Assembly (NCBI GenBank): GCA_964434605.1
Contig: CAYSVM010000001.1
Location: 54,011 to 118,010, forward strand
Direction: 5' to 3'
Source of the DNA: an uncultured Candidatus Saccharibacteria bacterium
GTDB lineage: Bacteria > Patescibacteriota > Kazan-3B-28
DNA: 64,000 nucleotides
In this document: positions 39,673-47,607 of the stretch, one piece after another
Numbering within the stretch: the first letter of the stretch is position 1
Layout: every line of letters starts with the position of its first letter
Notes under the pieces: generated by a model
What the model was told of the DNA's origin: nothing
Databases searched by the model: none
Seen by the model: the letters and a program-made list of their open reading frames with translations, nothing else
Program-made: the position numbers and the translations under genes

Positions 39673-40544
39673 GCAAGAAAATGAACAAACTTCCGAAAGT
39701 TCGTAAAGCAGTTATTGCCATTGCTGGTTTTGGAACCCGCTTTCTTCCAATGACCAAAGCGTCTCCCAAAGAGATGCTCCCGATCATAGACAAACCAATC
39801 GTCCAATATATCGCAGAAGAATTATCTGGTGCGGGGATAGAAGAGATTATTCTAGTCACCAACTGGCAAAAAAAGTCTGTTGAAGATCACTTTGATCCCT
39901 CGTTTGAACTAGAAAACATGCTCCTTGCTCAGGGCAAAAAAGACCTTGTGGCAAAAATGAAAAGAATAAGCCAACTAGCCAGCTTTAGCTACATGCGACA
40001 GATCGAGGGATATGGCAACGCTCTACCTGCCATTACCGCCAAAGACCTTATTGGCAATGAGCCTTTTATTTACGCCTTCGGTGACGATCTAGTAAAATCC
40101 AAAGTCCCTTTCGCTAAACAACTCATTGATGCCTACAATAAATATGGATGTAGTGTGATCGGTGTGCAGGAGGTCGACAAGAAAGAAATCTCAAAATATG
40201 GCATAGTAAAGTTGTCAGGCAACACTGCCTTCCTTGAAGACATTATTGAAAAACCATCTCCAGACAAAGCGCCTTCTCGCCTCGCATCATTCGGACGCTA
40301 TCTATTCACTCCAGAAATCTTCGATGCTCTATCTAAAATAAAGAAGGGTAAAGGAGGAGAATACTGGATTGTCGATGGTATTAAAATATTAGCAACTAAA
40401 GGAAGAGTTGCCACCTGCAAGGTAATAAATGGGAAATGGCTTACCACCGGAGATCCCCTTACCTATCTAGACACCCTACTAGATTACGCCCTAGACCAAC
40501 CAGAACTAAAGCAAATTATCCTTAATAAAGTACGTAGCAAATGA
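39669..40544 (+). CDS. galU: UTP--glucose-1-phosphate uridylyltransferase
   Basis: 'KAVIAIAGFGTRFLPMTKASPKEMLPIIDKP' signature. 291 aa. Confidence 0.9.
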   Translation: MSKKMNKLPKVRKAVIAIAGFGTRFLPMTKASPKEMLPIIDKPIVQYIAEELSGAGIEEIILVTNWQKKSVEDHFDPSFELENMLLAQGKKDLVAKMKRISQLASFSYMRQIEGYGNALPAITAKDLIGNEPFIYAFGDDLVKSKVPFAKQLIDAYNKYGCSVIGVQEVDKKEISKYGIVKLSGNTAFLEDIIEKPSPDKAPSRLASFGRYLFTPEIFDALSKIKKGKGGEYWIVDGIKILATKGRVATCKVINGKWLTTGDPLTYLDTLLDYALDQPELKQIILNKVRSK

Positions 40545-41890
40545 AAAAATTATTCCGTTCAATTACCGTACTACTACTGGGGGGCTTACTGTTAAGCGCC
40601 GCTCGTTGCAGTTCATCGCTCTCTCCCAACCCCAACGATCCCACCCCTACTCCAATAACCAAAGAACCTATTACCCTAGAATACTGGCGCCTGTGGGATG
40701 ACAGCAGTATTTTCGATGAATACATTAAAAGCTACCAAAGCGAACATCCCAATATTTCCATAGAAGTAAAAAAAATAGAGATAAAGCCAGGCTATGACAT
40801 CTACAACTACCAAAGGGATGTAATAAAAGCAATTGCCGATGGCGCTGGCCCAGATATGTTCATGATCCACAACACTTGGTTGCCCTACCAAATAAACCAA
40901 ATCTCACCCCTGCCTGCCGGCACCATGACCCTAAGAAACTACAAAGACATCTTTCCCGAAGTCGTCCAACAAGACTTCGTAGACAATGATAAAATCTACG
41001 GTATCCCATATGGCATCGACAACCTTGTCCTCTACTACAACACAGATATTTTTAGTGAAAAGAAAATAAAGACTCCACCCAAAACTCTACAAGAGCTAGT
41101 GGAACTAGTCCCTAAATTAACCGAAAAAGATAGCAGGGGGAATATAGTCCGCTCAGCCATTCCTCTCGGTGGAACCGATGGCATCCCGAGAGCCGCAGAC
41201 ATCGTGGCTGCCCTTATGATGCAATACGGGGTAGATATGACATCTGGTGATCATAAAACTGCAACCTTCAATCTGCCAGTGCCAGGAAGCAATCCTCCGA
41301 TAATGGCCGGACAAGAAGCACTTACTTACTACACTCAGTTCGCCAATCCTGCTTCTTCCGTATATACCTACACCGATGCGAAGAATTCTGCTGGAACCCG
41401 TCTCTTCCCTTCGGATGTCCAAGCATTCATGGAAGGAAAAACTGCCATGATGCTTCACTATTCTTACCAGATAAAGAATATCCGTAAATTTGCACCAAAG
41501 CTAAAATTTGAAACAGCAGTTCTGCCCCAAAATCAACTTCAAAGTCCCGTAACCATTACGAACTATTGGGGAGAAACAGTTTCCAAAAACAGCCGGCACC
41601 CCAATGAGGCCTGGGACTTTATTAACTACATGATAAAACGCAACAACCAAAGTACTTTCACTCGTACTGCTGGATACGTATCTGCTCGTAAGGATCTGCG
41701 TGACACCGCCTCCAGTCGTCGTTATTATTCGGCCGTAGCCAACCAGATTCCCTACTCTCAAACTTGGTACCGAAAAAATACTCCCGATATCGAATCAATC
41801 TTTATTCGCATGATAAACAGCGTTGTTCGCGATAAGCTTTCATCTTCAGTGGCAGTAGACACAGCAGTCCGAGACATTAATCTTCTATGA
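40541..41890 (+). CDS. ABC-transporter extracellular solute-binding lipoprotein (family 1, sugar-type)
   Basis: Signal plus lipobox-like 'LLSAARCSSS', about 420 aa periplasmic-binding fold, sequence typical of sugar SBPs. Confidence 0.7.
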   Translation: MKKLFRSITVLLLGGLLLSAARCSSSLSPNPNDPTPTPITKEPITLEYWRLWDDSSIFDEYIKSYQSEHPNISIEVKKIEIKPGYDIYNYQRDVIKAIADGAGPDMFMIHNTWLPYQINQISPLPAGTMTLRNYKDIFPEVVQQDFVDNDKIYGIPYGIDNLVLYYNTDIFSEKKIKTPPKTLQELVELVPKLTEKDSRGNIVRSAIPLGGTDGIPRAADIVAALMMQYGVDMTSGDHKTATFNLPVPGSNPPIMAGQEALTYYTQFANPASSVYTYTDAKNSAGTRLFPSDVQAFMEGKTAMMLHYSYQIKNIRKFAPKLKFETAVLPQNQLQSPVTITNYWGETVSKNSRHPNEAWDFINYMIKRNNQSTFTRTAGYVSARKDLRDTASSRRYYSAVANQIPYSQTWYRKNTPDIESIFIRMINSVVRDKLSSSVAVDTAVRDINLL

Positions 41891-42120
41891 GTATTATTGG
41901 ACAAATATTCGACAGTATTAAAGAAATAATCTTTTTTATTCAAGGAACTATTTCAAAGGTTGCGTACTCTGTTGTTGTCCTGATGATTATAATCGGAGGC
42001 ATTCAATACATCATGGGACAGAAGGATGCTGCTAAAAAAACCTTAACTGCCGCTATTATCGGAATTATTATTATCCTTCTTGCGGCGGTAATAGTAGTTT
42101 CAACTAGAAATCTTTTCTAA
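41887..42120 (+). CDS. Small two-TM protein, VirB2/TrbC pilin-like paralog
   Basis: 77 aa with two hydrophobic helices that align with the C-terminal hairpin of the next ORF ('GGIQYIMGQKDAAKKTLTAAIIGIIII' versus 'AGIMYITAPGGKTDTAKNMIINAIVGIVII'). Confidence 0.5.
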   Translation: MSIIGQIFDSIKEIIFFIQGTISKVAYSVVVLMIIIGGIQYIMGQKDAAKKTLTAAIIGIIIILLAAVIVVSTRNLF

Positions 42121-42197
42121 ACCTCATTTTCCTTAAATTTCTGATACAATAAATAAGCAATATATTCGCATACTAATATTTTAAAAGGAGTTATCTT

Positions 42198-42533
42198 ATG
42201 AAAAATTGGCTTCGCGCAACAACAGCACTGGCCTCCTCCGCCATTTTTATGATCCGACCGGCTTTTGCCCAGAATGCACCTGTAATTGAACCGATACAAG
42301 GAGGTGGAATAGAGACCATTATCGATGCTATCCAGAATGTCATTAACTGGATGCTTATGATCGCTGGTGTTTTGGCAGTTGCCTACTTGGTTTATGCTGG
42401 CATTATGTACATTACTGCACCAGGAGGAAAAACTGATACAGCTAAGAACATGATTATCAATGCCATCGTTGGTATCGTCATCATCACGCTATCTTACGTT
42501 ATCGTAAACACCGCAATGAGCCTTATGGGCTAA
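42198..42533 (+). CDS. VirB2/TrbC-like T4SS pilin
   Basis: Signal peptide 'ALASSAIFMIRPAFAQ', then two TM helices separated by a short Gly/Lys loop, total 111 aa. This is the canonical VirB2 topology. A terminator follows. Confidence 0.6.
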   Translation: MKNWLRATTALASSAIFMIRPAFAQNAPVIEPIQGGGIETIIDAIQNVINWMLMIAGVLAVAYLVYAGIMYITAPGGKTDTAKNMIINAIVGIVIITLSYVIVNTAMSLMG

Positions 42534-42558
42534 ACACCCAATATCTACACATATAAAA

Positions 42559-42586
42559 GGCCGCCCTTCTCGGGCGGTCTTTCTTT
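42559..42586 (+). terminator. Rho-independent terminator after the pilin gene
   Basis: ggccgccc-ttctc-gggcggtc hairpin followed by tttcttt. Confidence 0.55.
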
Positions 42587-42675
42587 GGCGGAGGCGACAG
42601 GATTCGAACCTGTGAGGGGCCTAAGCCCCAACCGGTTTTCGAGACCAGCGCCATCAACCGCTCGGCCACGCCTCC
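42586..42675 (-). tRNA. tRNA-Ser (CGA)
   Basis: Reverse complement is GGAGGCGTGGCCGAGCGGTTGATGGCGCTGGTCTCGAAAACCGG...AGGTTCGAATCCTGTCGCCTCCGCCA. Long variable arm, anticodon loop cU-CGA-aa, CCA encoded. Confidence 0.85.
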
Positions 42676-42689
42676 GTATTCATTGTAAT

Positions 42690-43151
42690 CTACCTTTTCC
42701 GAAGATCTCGGAAAAATCCTTTCATCAACTCCGCTACCGTACCGTCATTCTTCATTCTCTGGCAATGCAATCTAGGAAAGAGCTTATTCAACTGCATCCT
42801 AGACATTTTGCTTTCTACTGAACCAAATGATGGATCGGCTAGCAAATAATAGACGTTTTTTACTCTTGCATTACCCAATGCACCTAGACACATCAAACAT
42901 GGCTCGAGTGTCACATACATACTCGCCCCTTCTATCCGCCAATCTCCAATCTTCTTTTGGGCTTGTCTTAAGGCAACCAATTCGGCATGCATCAATCCAT
43001 CCTTTTTTGTGTGGGTTTGGTTGAATCCTCGACCAATAACCTTACCTTTGGTGTCCACCATTACCGCACCAACAGGAACTTCTTTTTTCGCTAAAGCCTT
43101 CCGTGCTTCACGGATGGCTAGCTGAAAGTATTGCAGATGAGTATCCACCAT
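42690..43151 (-). CDS. tadA: tRNA-specific adenosine deaminase
   Basis: CDA-fold zinc motifs 'HAELVAL' and 'PCLMCLGAL'. 153 aa. Confidence 0.9.
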   Translation of the reverse strand: MVDTHLQYFQLAIREARKALAKKEVPVGAVMVDTKGKVIGRGFNQTHTKKDGLMHAELVALRQAQKKIGDWRIEGASMYVTLEPCLMCLGALGNARVKNVYYLLADPSFGSVESKMSRMQLNKLFPRLHCQRMKNDGTVAELMKGFFRDLRKR

Positions 43152-43163
43152 ATATATACCAGC

Positions 43164-43253
43164 TGGCGGAGAGGGCGGGATTCGAACCCGCGATACCCTT
43201 GCGGGTATAACACGTTAGCAGTGTGCCGCTTTCGACCACTCAGCCACCTCTCC
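43164..43253 (-). tRNA. tRNA-Ser (GCT)
   Basis: Reverse complement is GGAGAGGTGGCTGAGTGGTCGAAAGCGGCACACTGCTAACGTGTT...GCGGGTTCGAATCCCGCCCTCTCCGCCA. Long variable arm, anticodon loop cU-GCT-aa. One A:C mismatch in the anticodon stem as I folded it. CCA encoded. Confidence 0.75.
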
Positions 43254-43330
43254 TGGCGCGCCCGAAGGGAGTCGAACCCCCGACCTTCTGGTCCGTAGCC
43301 AGACGCTCTAATCCACTGAGCTACGGGCGC
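43254..43330 (-). tRNA. tRNA-Arg (ACG)
   Basis: Reverse complement is GCGCCCGTAGCTCAGTGGATTAGAGCGTCTGGCTACGGACCAGAAGGTCGGGGGTTCGACTCCCTTCGGGCGCGCCA. Anticodon loop cU-ACG-ga, CCA encoded. It is directly abutting tRNA-Ser(GCT). Confidence 0.85.
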
Positions 43331-43341
43331 ATCTTTTCTGG

Positions 43342-43815
43342 CTACAGTTTGAAGAATCGGCCAATCCTATCCACAGGATCTTCCCCCCGACTGGCATCTT
43401 CTGGCAAGAACTTTCCCAAAATTTCCCTTATCTTTTCCACATCCACGTCGCCTATTTGTAAAGTCAACAACAATCCGAACTTCCTATTTGGCAATATATT
43501 CACAACTCTCGCCTCTTGTCCCAACACAATCCAAAACAACTTCAGCTTACTATATGGGTATACCCTCCCACCAACCTCCACGCCCGTTTCCAGAATGCGA
43601 TGCCAAAAAGTTCTTGGTTGGATTCTCCGTAAAAGATATATCACCAATCCCACCATTACTACCACCACTAGTGTCACCCATTGCCCAACCCATGCTGTCC
43701 ATATTGCAGCTACTAGCAAGAATGCCAAAGTCCAGCCACTCCAGCCAGCCGTACTCCCCCCAGAAAACTCGGGGGCTTCCCACTCGTATAAGATTTTTTG
43801 ATCCTCTTGGTTCAT
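43342..43815 (-). CDS. Small membrane protein (hypothetical) nested between tRNA genes
   Basis: 157 aa with two TM helices 'WTLAFLLVAAIWTAWVGQWVTLVVVVMVGLVIYLL' and a soluble C-terminal domain. Other ORFs in this interval on the plus strand overlap tRNAs and are rejected. Confidence 0.5.
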   Translation of the reverse strand: MNQEDQKILYEWEAPEFSGGSTAGWSGWTLAFLLVAAIWTAWVGQWVTLVVVVMVGLVIYLLRRIQPRTFWHRILETGVEVGGRVYPYSKLKLFWIVLGQEARVVNILPNRKFGLLLTLQIGDVDVEKIREILGKFLPEDASRGEDPVDRIGRFFKL

Positions 43816-43835
43816 GTTGTCTATATTATACCTTC

Positions 43836-43925
43836 TGGCGGAGGCGACAGGATTCGAACCTGTGAAGAGCTTGCACCCTAACTAGTTTTCAAGACTAGCG
43901 CCATAAACCACTCGGCCACACCTCC
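43836..43925 (-). tRNA. tRNA-Ser (TGA)
   Basis: Reverse complement is GGAGGTGTGGCCGAGTGGTTTATGGCGCTAGTCTTGAAAACTAG...AGGTTCGAATCCTGTCGCCTCCGCCA. Long variable arm, anticodon loop cU-TGA-aa, CCA encoded. Confidence 0.85.
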
Positions 43926-43950
43926 TTTTCCAAAGAACACCTATTCTATC

Positions 43951-45996
43951 TTAAAACCCTATGTGTACAAAGTTCTTATAGGTAACCTTGTCTGTCTTTT
44001 CTCCTGATAAAACAGAAATCCCCGTTCCGCTAAAGATATCGTGCATTCCGTCTAATACGGCATATAGGCCCAATGGAGCAGAAGTTAGCGCTACGTCCAG
44101 ACCAATATCTTGCGCTCGACCGAGCCAGGAATCACTGGTATATACGAATATGGTAGCGGCCTTACTAAAAACCCCGTTATCTATAGGTAGATCCATAAAA
44201 TGCCAATCCTTTTCGTCTATTACACCATCTTTCCCCGTATTATCAAAACCCACTCCACCTTCAGCCACTGCCACCGCTCCATTCGGAAAAACATCTAAGT
44301 CAGCAACCCCGTTATCTAAATCATCTTCAGGACTGTAGACAATTATCTGTCTTACCATGAGATCTGAATTCCAATCATTTGGTGCTACTGCTAGTTCTGC
44401 TGGCATTCGCTCCAAGTCCAAAACCAATTGACGAATATTCTGCCGTGCTTCATATGCCTTCCATAAAGAACATTTGTTCTTCGTCGATCCTTGCCACCCC
44501 ACCATGTTTGCTACTTGCATCATTCGAAAAGTCATCTGCAATCCATCATGCAGAGTCTGCATCAATTCTTCGTCCTTCCATTCAAGCACCCTGCCACGAG
44601 TCTTTTCTCGAACTGCCTTCAACTTCTCCAGCGCATCTTCCGCATATACCACTGTTTGTGCATGAATCCCCGAGTCCAAACCTTGGGCGGACATAATCTT
44701 TAGATTGTTTATCATAATGTCCAGAGCACTCCCCACCTTCCCAAACCATGTTTCGGGATCATCGACAAGCGCTTCCATCTCATTTCTATACACCTCATTT
44801 TTATCTGCCTTTTTTGCAATACCAAACAAAGCCACACCGCCTTCGTAAGCTGTTTTGCTATCAACCTGCAACTGTTCGTAAATCGGTCTTATTATATCTT
44901 GACTCGCCACTTCCTGCCAACTTACTTTAACTGGAGCATTATTCCTCATATCCCCGTCATTATCCCTAAAACATGCCTTAGCCAGTCCATTGCTTATCCG
45001 CCCAATTTGGCTAATCCCCAATCCTTGTCCGGTTTCATATGCACTCTGCGCATCCAAGAGTTCTTCTGTTTGGTCCGCAAGCGCAATTCCCGCAATCTTT
45101 ACCGCCGCCTTTCGCCTTGTAGCAGAAGGACCATTACTAGTGCTAATTTTTATTCCAATTACTCCATCTCTTTTTTCCCATTTTTCTCCCAAATATTTTA
45201 GGGTTGTCATGATTCGCCAATCCAGATTCATTGTCATTCTCCCATCCACCTCTCTCCATTCAATATCTTTTTCTAATCCGTTTTCAAAGACCAATACTCC
45301 ACTATTTTTTAGCCTCATCACTTCTCCGGCCAAAACTTGGTGTTTGGGATCTTCATAGTCCATTTCTATTGGGAAAGAACCACCACCTTCATTGAAAGCT
45401 TTGTGTGCTACTCCACCGAATTGGAAAAATAAGGCTATTACGATAACAATTATTAAAGCAACTAGCACTATTATCCAAAAATATGGATTCGACATTAAAG
45501 CCTTCAGGGCTATCCCTGTCGTCCTCGCTGTCGCTGCTGCTTTTTCAGCTTGCTGCGCTCTCTTTTGAGCAAGACGAATTTTTTGTTGTACCTGTCTTAT
45601 TCTATTCGCAGCATCTTGGACATGTTCAGGCCCAGATTGTTCGCCTTTCTCTTTTCCATTTTTCTGCTGTTTTTTATTCTTCGGCTCTTCTTCCTCTTCT
45701 TCCGGTTCTTCCTCTGGTTCTTCCTCTGGTTCTTCTTCCGGTTCTTCATCTAGCTCTCTTTCGACATCATCCAGTTTATTTTGCACTTTGCGTTTCAGGT
45801 TTTCTGCTAAATCATCACTCCCCTCATCCCTGTACCTAGAGGCCTCCTCCCACTGCTTCCCAACTTCATCCAACACTTCTAGTAATCTATCCACAACTTT
45901 CTGAGACAAGTTCTTAGCCAAAAGCAAATCTTTGACTCGTTGTTGCAGGTGGGCAATTTTCTGTCTTAACGATTTTTCTTTTTCTTCTTCAGCCAT
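43951..45996 (-). CDS. Large bitopic membrane protein: N-terminal cytoplasmic coiled coil with acidic EPEEE repeats, one TM, large extracytoplasmic domain of about 480 aa (hypothetical)
   Basis: 681 aa. '(EPEEE)n' runs, TM 'YFWIIVLVALIIVIVIALFF', and no catalytic motifs recognised in the C-terminal domain. Confidence 0.55.
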   Translation of the reverse strand: MAEEEKEKSLRQKIAHLQQRVKDLLLAKNLSQKVVDRLLEVLDEVGKQWEEASRYRDEGSDDLAENLKRKVQNKLDDVERELDEEPEEEPEEEPEEEPEEEEEEPKNKKQQKNGKEKGEQSGPEHVQDAANRIRQVQQKIRLAQKRAQQAEKAAATARTTGIALKALMSNPYFWIIVLVALIIVIVIALFFQFGGVAHKAFNEGGGSFPIEMDYEDPKHQVLAGEVMRLKNSGVLVFENGLEKDIEWREVDGRMTMNLDWRIMTTLKYLGEKWEKRDGVIGIKISTSNGPSATRRKAAVKIAGIALADQTEELLDAQSAYETGQGLGISQIGRISNGLAKACFRDNDGDMRNNAPVKVSWQEVASQDIIRPIYEQLQVDSKTAYEGGVALFGIAKKADKNEVYRNEMEALVDDPETWFGKVGSALDIMINNLKIMSAQGLDSGIHAQTVVYAEDALEKLKAVREKTRGRVLEWKDEELMQTLHDGLQMTFRMMQVANMVGWQGSTKNKCSLWKAYEARQNIRQLVLDLERMPAELAVAPNDWNSDLMVRQIIVYSPEDDLDNGVADLDVFPNGAVAVAEGGVGFDNTGKDGVIDEKDWHFMDLPIDNGVFSKAATIFVYTSDSWLGRAQDIGLDVALTSAPLGLYAVLDGMHDIFSGTGISVLSGEKTDKVTYKNFVHIGF

Positions 45997-47454
45997 CTAG
46001 ATTTTCATTACAAAAATTCCTGTTGTTGTAGTCAACATTAGCATTTTCCCGATGGAACTGTATTCCATGGAGTTTATTTGCAAATTAGTTTCCTGCCCCA
46101 CAAATGGGATCATAGTCCTATCTCCGTTGTTTATATTTATTCTAATAAAAGTCTGATTTGGAGCTACTATTAAAATTTCGTCTGCACTCAACCAAGTGAT
46201 AGGTGTGCTTGTTGATGCCAACTCTCCTTTTTCAACTATCTCCGACTGAGCCGTTGCAAATTCATATGTTTTCAGTTGCATCTTCCCCTCTATCTCTACG
46301 ACATATGCGAGTTTCGCACCATCCGAAGAAATAGCATACTGACTTCCGGCAACTCTGTCCTGAACTATCTCGGAAATAGATTTCGCCACCAAGTCTACAA
46401 GCAACAATTTTCCCGCAGATTCTATAAGCAAATACCTATCATCTGCACCCCAGATCATTTTAGGGTTATCCAGTTGAGGCAAGTCAACAATTACTCGCTC
46501 CCACTCTTCTCCACTAGGAAGTGCCCGTACAAGAGAGTATTCCCCATCTGCAGTATCGTAGATATATAGTATCTCCGCCCCATCGTTGCTGTATGCCACC
46601 TGTCTAATACTTTCATTAAGCGCAACTGGCTGCCACCCACTAGATGTTTTTAGACTGTCATCAAAGAACCACGTACTAGTCCCTATATATTTAGAAGCTC
46701 CTTGGGTTGGCCGTTCTCCCAAAACAATATATCTCCCTCTAACCTGCCTATTATCTTGCATATTCTTGAGTTTCAGTTGGCCAGTAAGCTTCACTAACGC
46801 CGCTTGTGTCACCGGAGACCAAGTAATGTCACCCACCCCACTAAAACTTCCCCTAAAGAGAGAAGCAACCTTATTTTCCGTGGTACTCGAAGACTTAAAA
46901 CTACCATCTATTGGATCGTAATATGCGACTTCTAGCCCATTGCGATTCAACCGTGGATAAACAACATTGCCTTCTACCAATTTATCTATACTAGGTATAG
47001 GTAGAAGCCCTAGATTTAATAGGATCTTGTCGCCCCGAACAATCTCAATCGTCTTCTCAAGTTCCAGAAAACCATCTTTTGTTAAACCAAGAATATGCTT
47101 ACCTGCTTTAAGCTTTACAACATATCCTGTGTCGATCGTTCCATATGGTTTGTTATCAATTTTTAGCCCAACCGCTGCTTCATTTAGTTCAAAAGTCACT
47201 TCTCCCACATTGAATTTCAACCCCAAGAGCAAAAAGTAACCCGTCCCAAAGACCAGAATTGCAGCAAACAGACTAATCCCTATCGCCTGCCAATTAATTC
47301 GAGTCTGTTTTTTGGGAACACGGTTAGAAAAATTCAAATTTATACCCACTCCTTTAGTAGGAGCAGGTTTTCCTCTGCTCTGTCGTAATAATTCCGCTAA
47401 TTGTTGTTCTGGCGTTTTTTCGCCCCCAGACTGGCTAATTTGCTCATCTGCCAT
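45997..47454 (-). CDS. Membrane-anchored PEGA-like and beta-propeller (TolB-like) protein
   Basis: 485 aa with N-terminal TM 'IGISLFAAILVFGTGYFLLLGL', a PEGA-like beta-sandwich 'YVVKLKAGKHILGLTKDGF', and repeated 'SxDGxxLxYxxD' propeller blades. Confidence 0.55.
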   Translation of the reverse strand: MADEQISQSGGEKTPEQQLAELLRQSRGKPAPTKGVGINLNFSNRVPKKQTRINWQAIGISLFAAILVFGTGYFLLLGLKFNVGEVTFELNEAAVGLKIDNKPYGTIDTGYVVKLKAGKHILGLTKDGFLELEKTIEIVRGDKILLNLGLLPIPSIDKLVEGNVVYPRLNRNGLEVAYYDPIDGSFKSSSTTENKVASLFRGSFSGVGDITWSPVTQAALVKLTGQLKLKNMQDNRQVRGRYIVLGERPTQGASKYIGTSTWFFDDSLKTSSGWQPVALNESIRQVAYSNDGAEILYIYDTADGEYSLVRALPSGEEWERVIVDLPQLDNPKMIWGADDRYLLIESAGKLLLVDLVAKSISEIVQDRVAGSQYAISSDGAKLAYVVEIEGKMQLKTYEFATAQSEIVEKGELASTSTPITWLSADEILIVAPNQTFIRININNGDRTMIPFVGQETNLQINSMEYSSIGKMLMLTTTTGIFVMKI

Positions 47455-47550
47455 ACCAACCTACAACACTTTTTTGAGTATTTGTAAACCATGACTATTA
47501 TGCCATCTCGCCACTTCCCTTACTAGCCGTATTCCAATCCGTAATAGGGG

Positions 47551-47579
47551 TTGACAAAATACGATTTTTTTGATAAAAT
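47551..47579 (+). promoter_or_regulatory. Near-consensus sigma-70 promoter (extended -10) upstream of the VirB6-like gene
   Basis: TTGACA (47551-47556), a 17-nt spacer, then TG-n-TAAAAT (47571-47579). About 28 nt upstream of ATG 47608. The ORF track's TTG start at 47551 coincides with the -35 box and is unlikely to be a real start. Confidence 0.5.
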
Positions 47580-47607
47580 AAAGGTACAAAAATCAAAAAC
47601 AAAACCG

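Noticed and set aside
42585-42821. 78-aa plus-strand ORF
   Set aside because: It lies entirely on top of tRNA-Ser(CGA) and the 3' end of tadA, so it is a spurious reading frame.
43223-43865. Plus-strand ORFs of 192 aa and 125 aa, and a minus-strand 77-aa ORF, between the tRNA genes
   Set aside because: They overlap tRNA-Ser(GCT), tRNA-Arg and tRNA-Ser(TGA). The 157-aa minus-strand ORF with clear TM helices is the more credible gene in this interval.
47551-47607. TTG start of the 870-aa VirB6-like ORF
   Set aside because: The TTG coincides with the -35 hexamer of a near-consensus promoter. ATG at 47608 (MKRF...) is the likely start.
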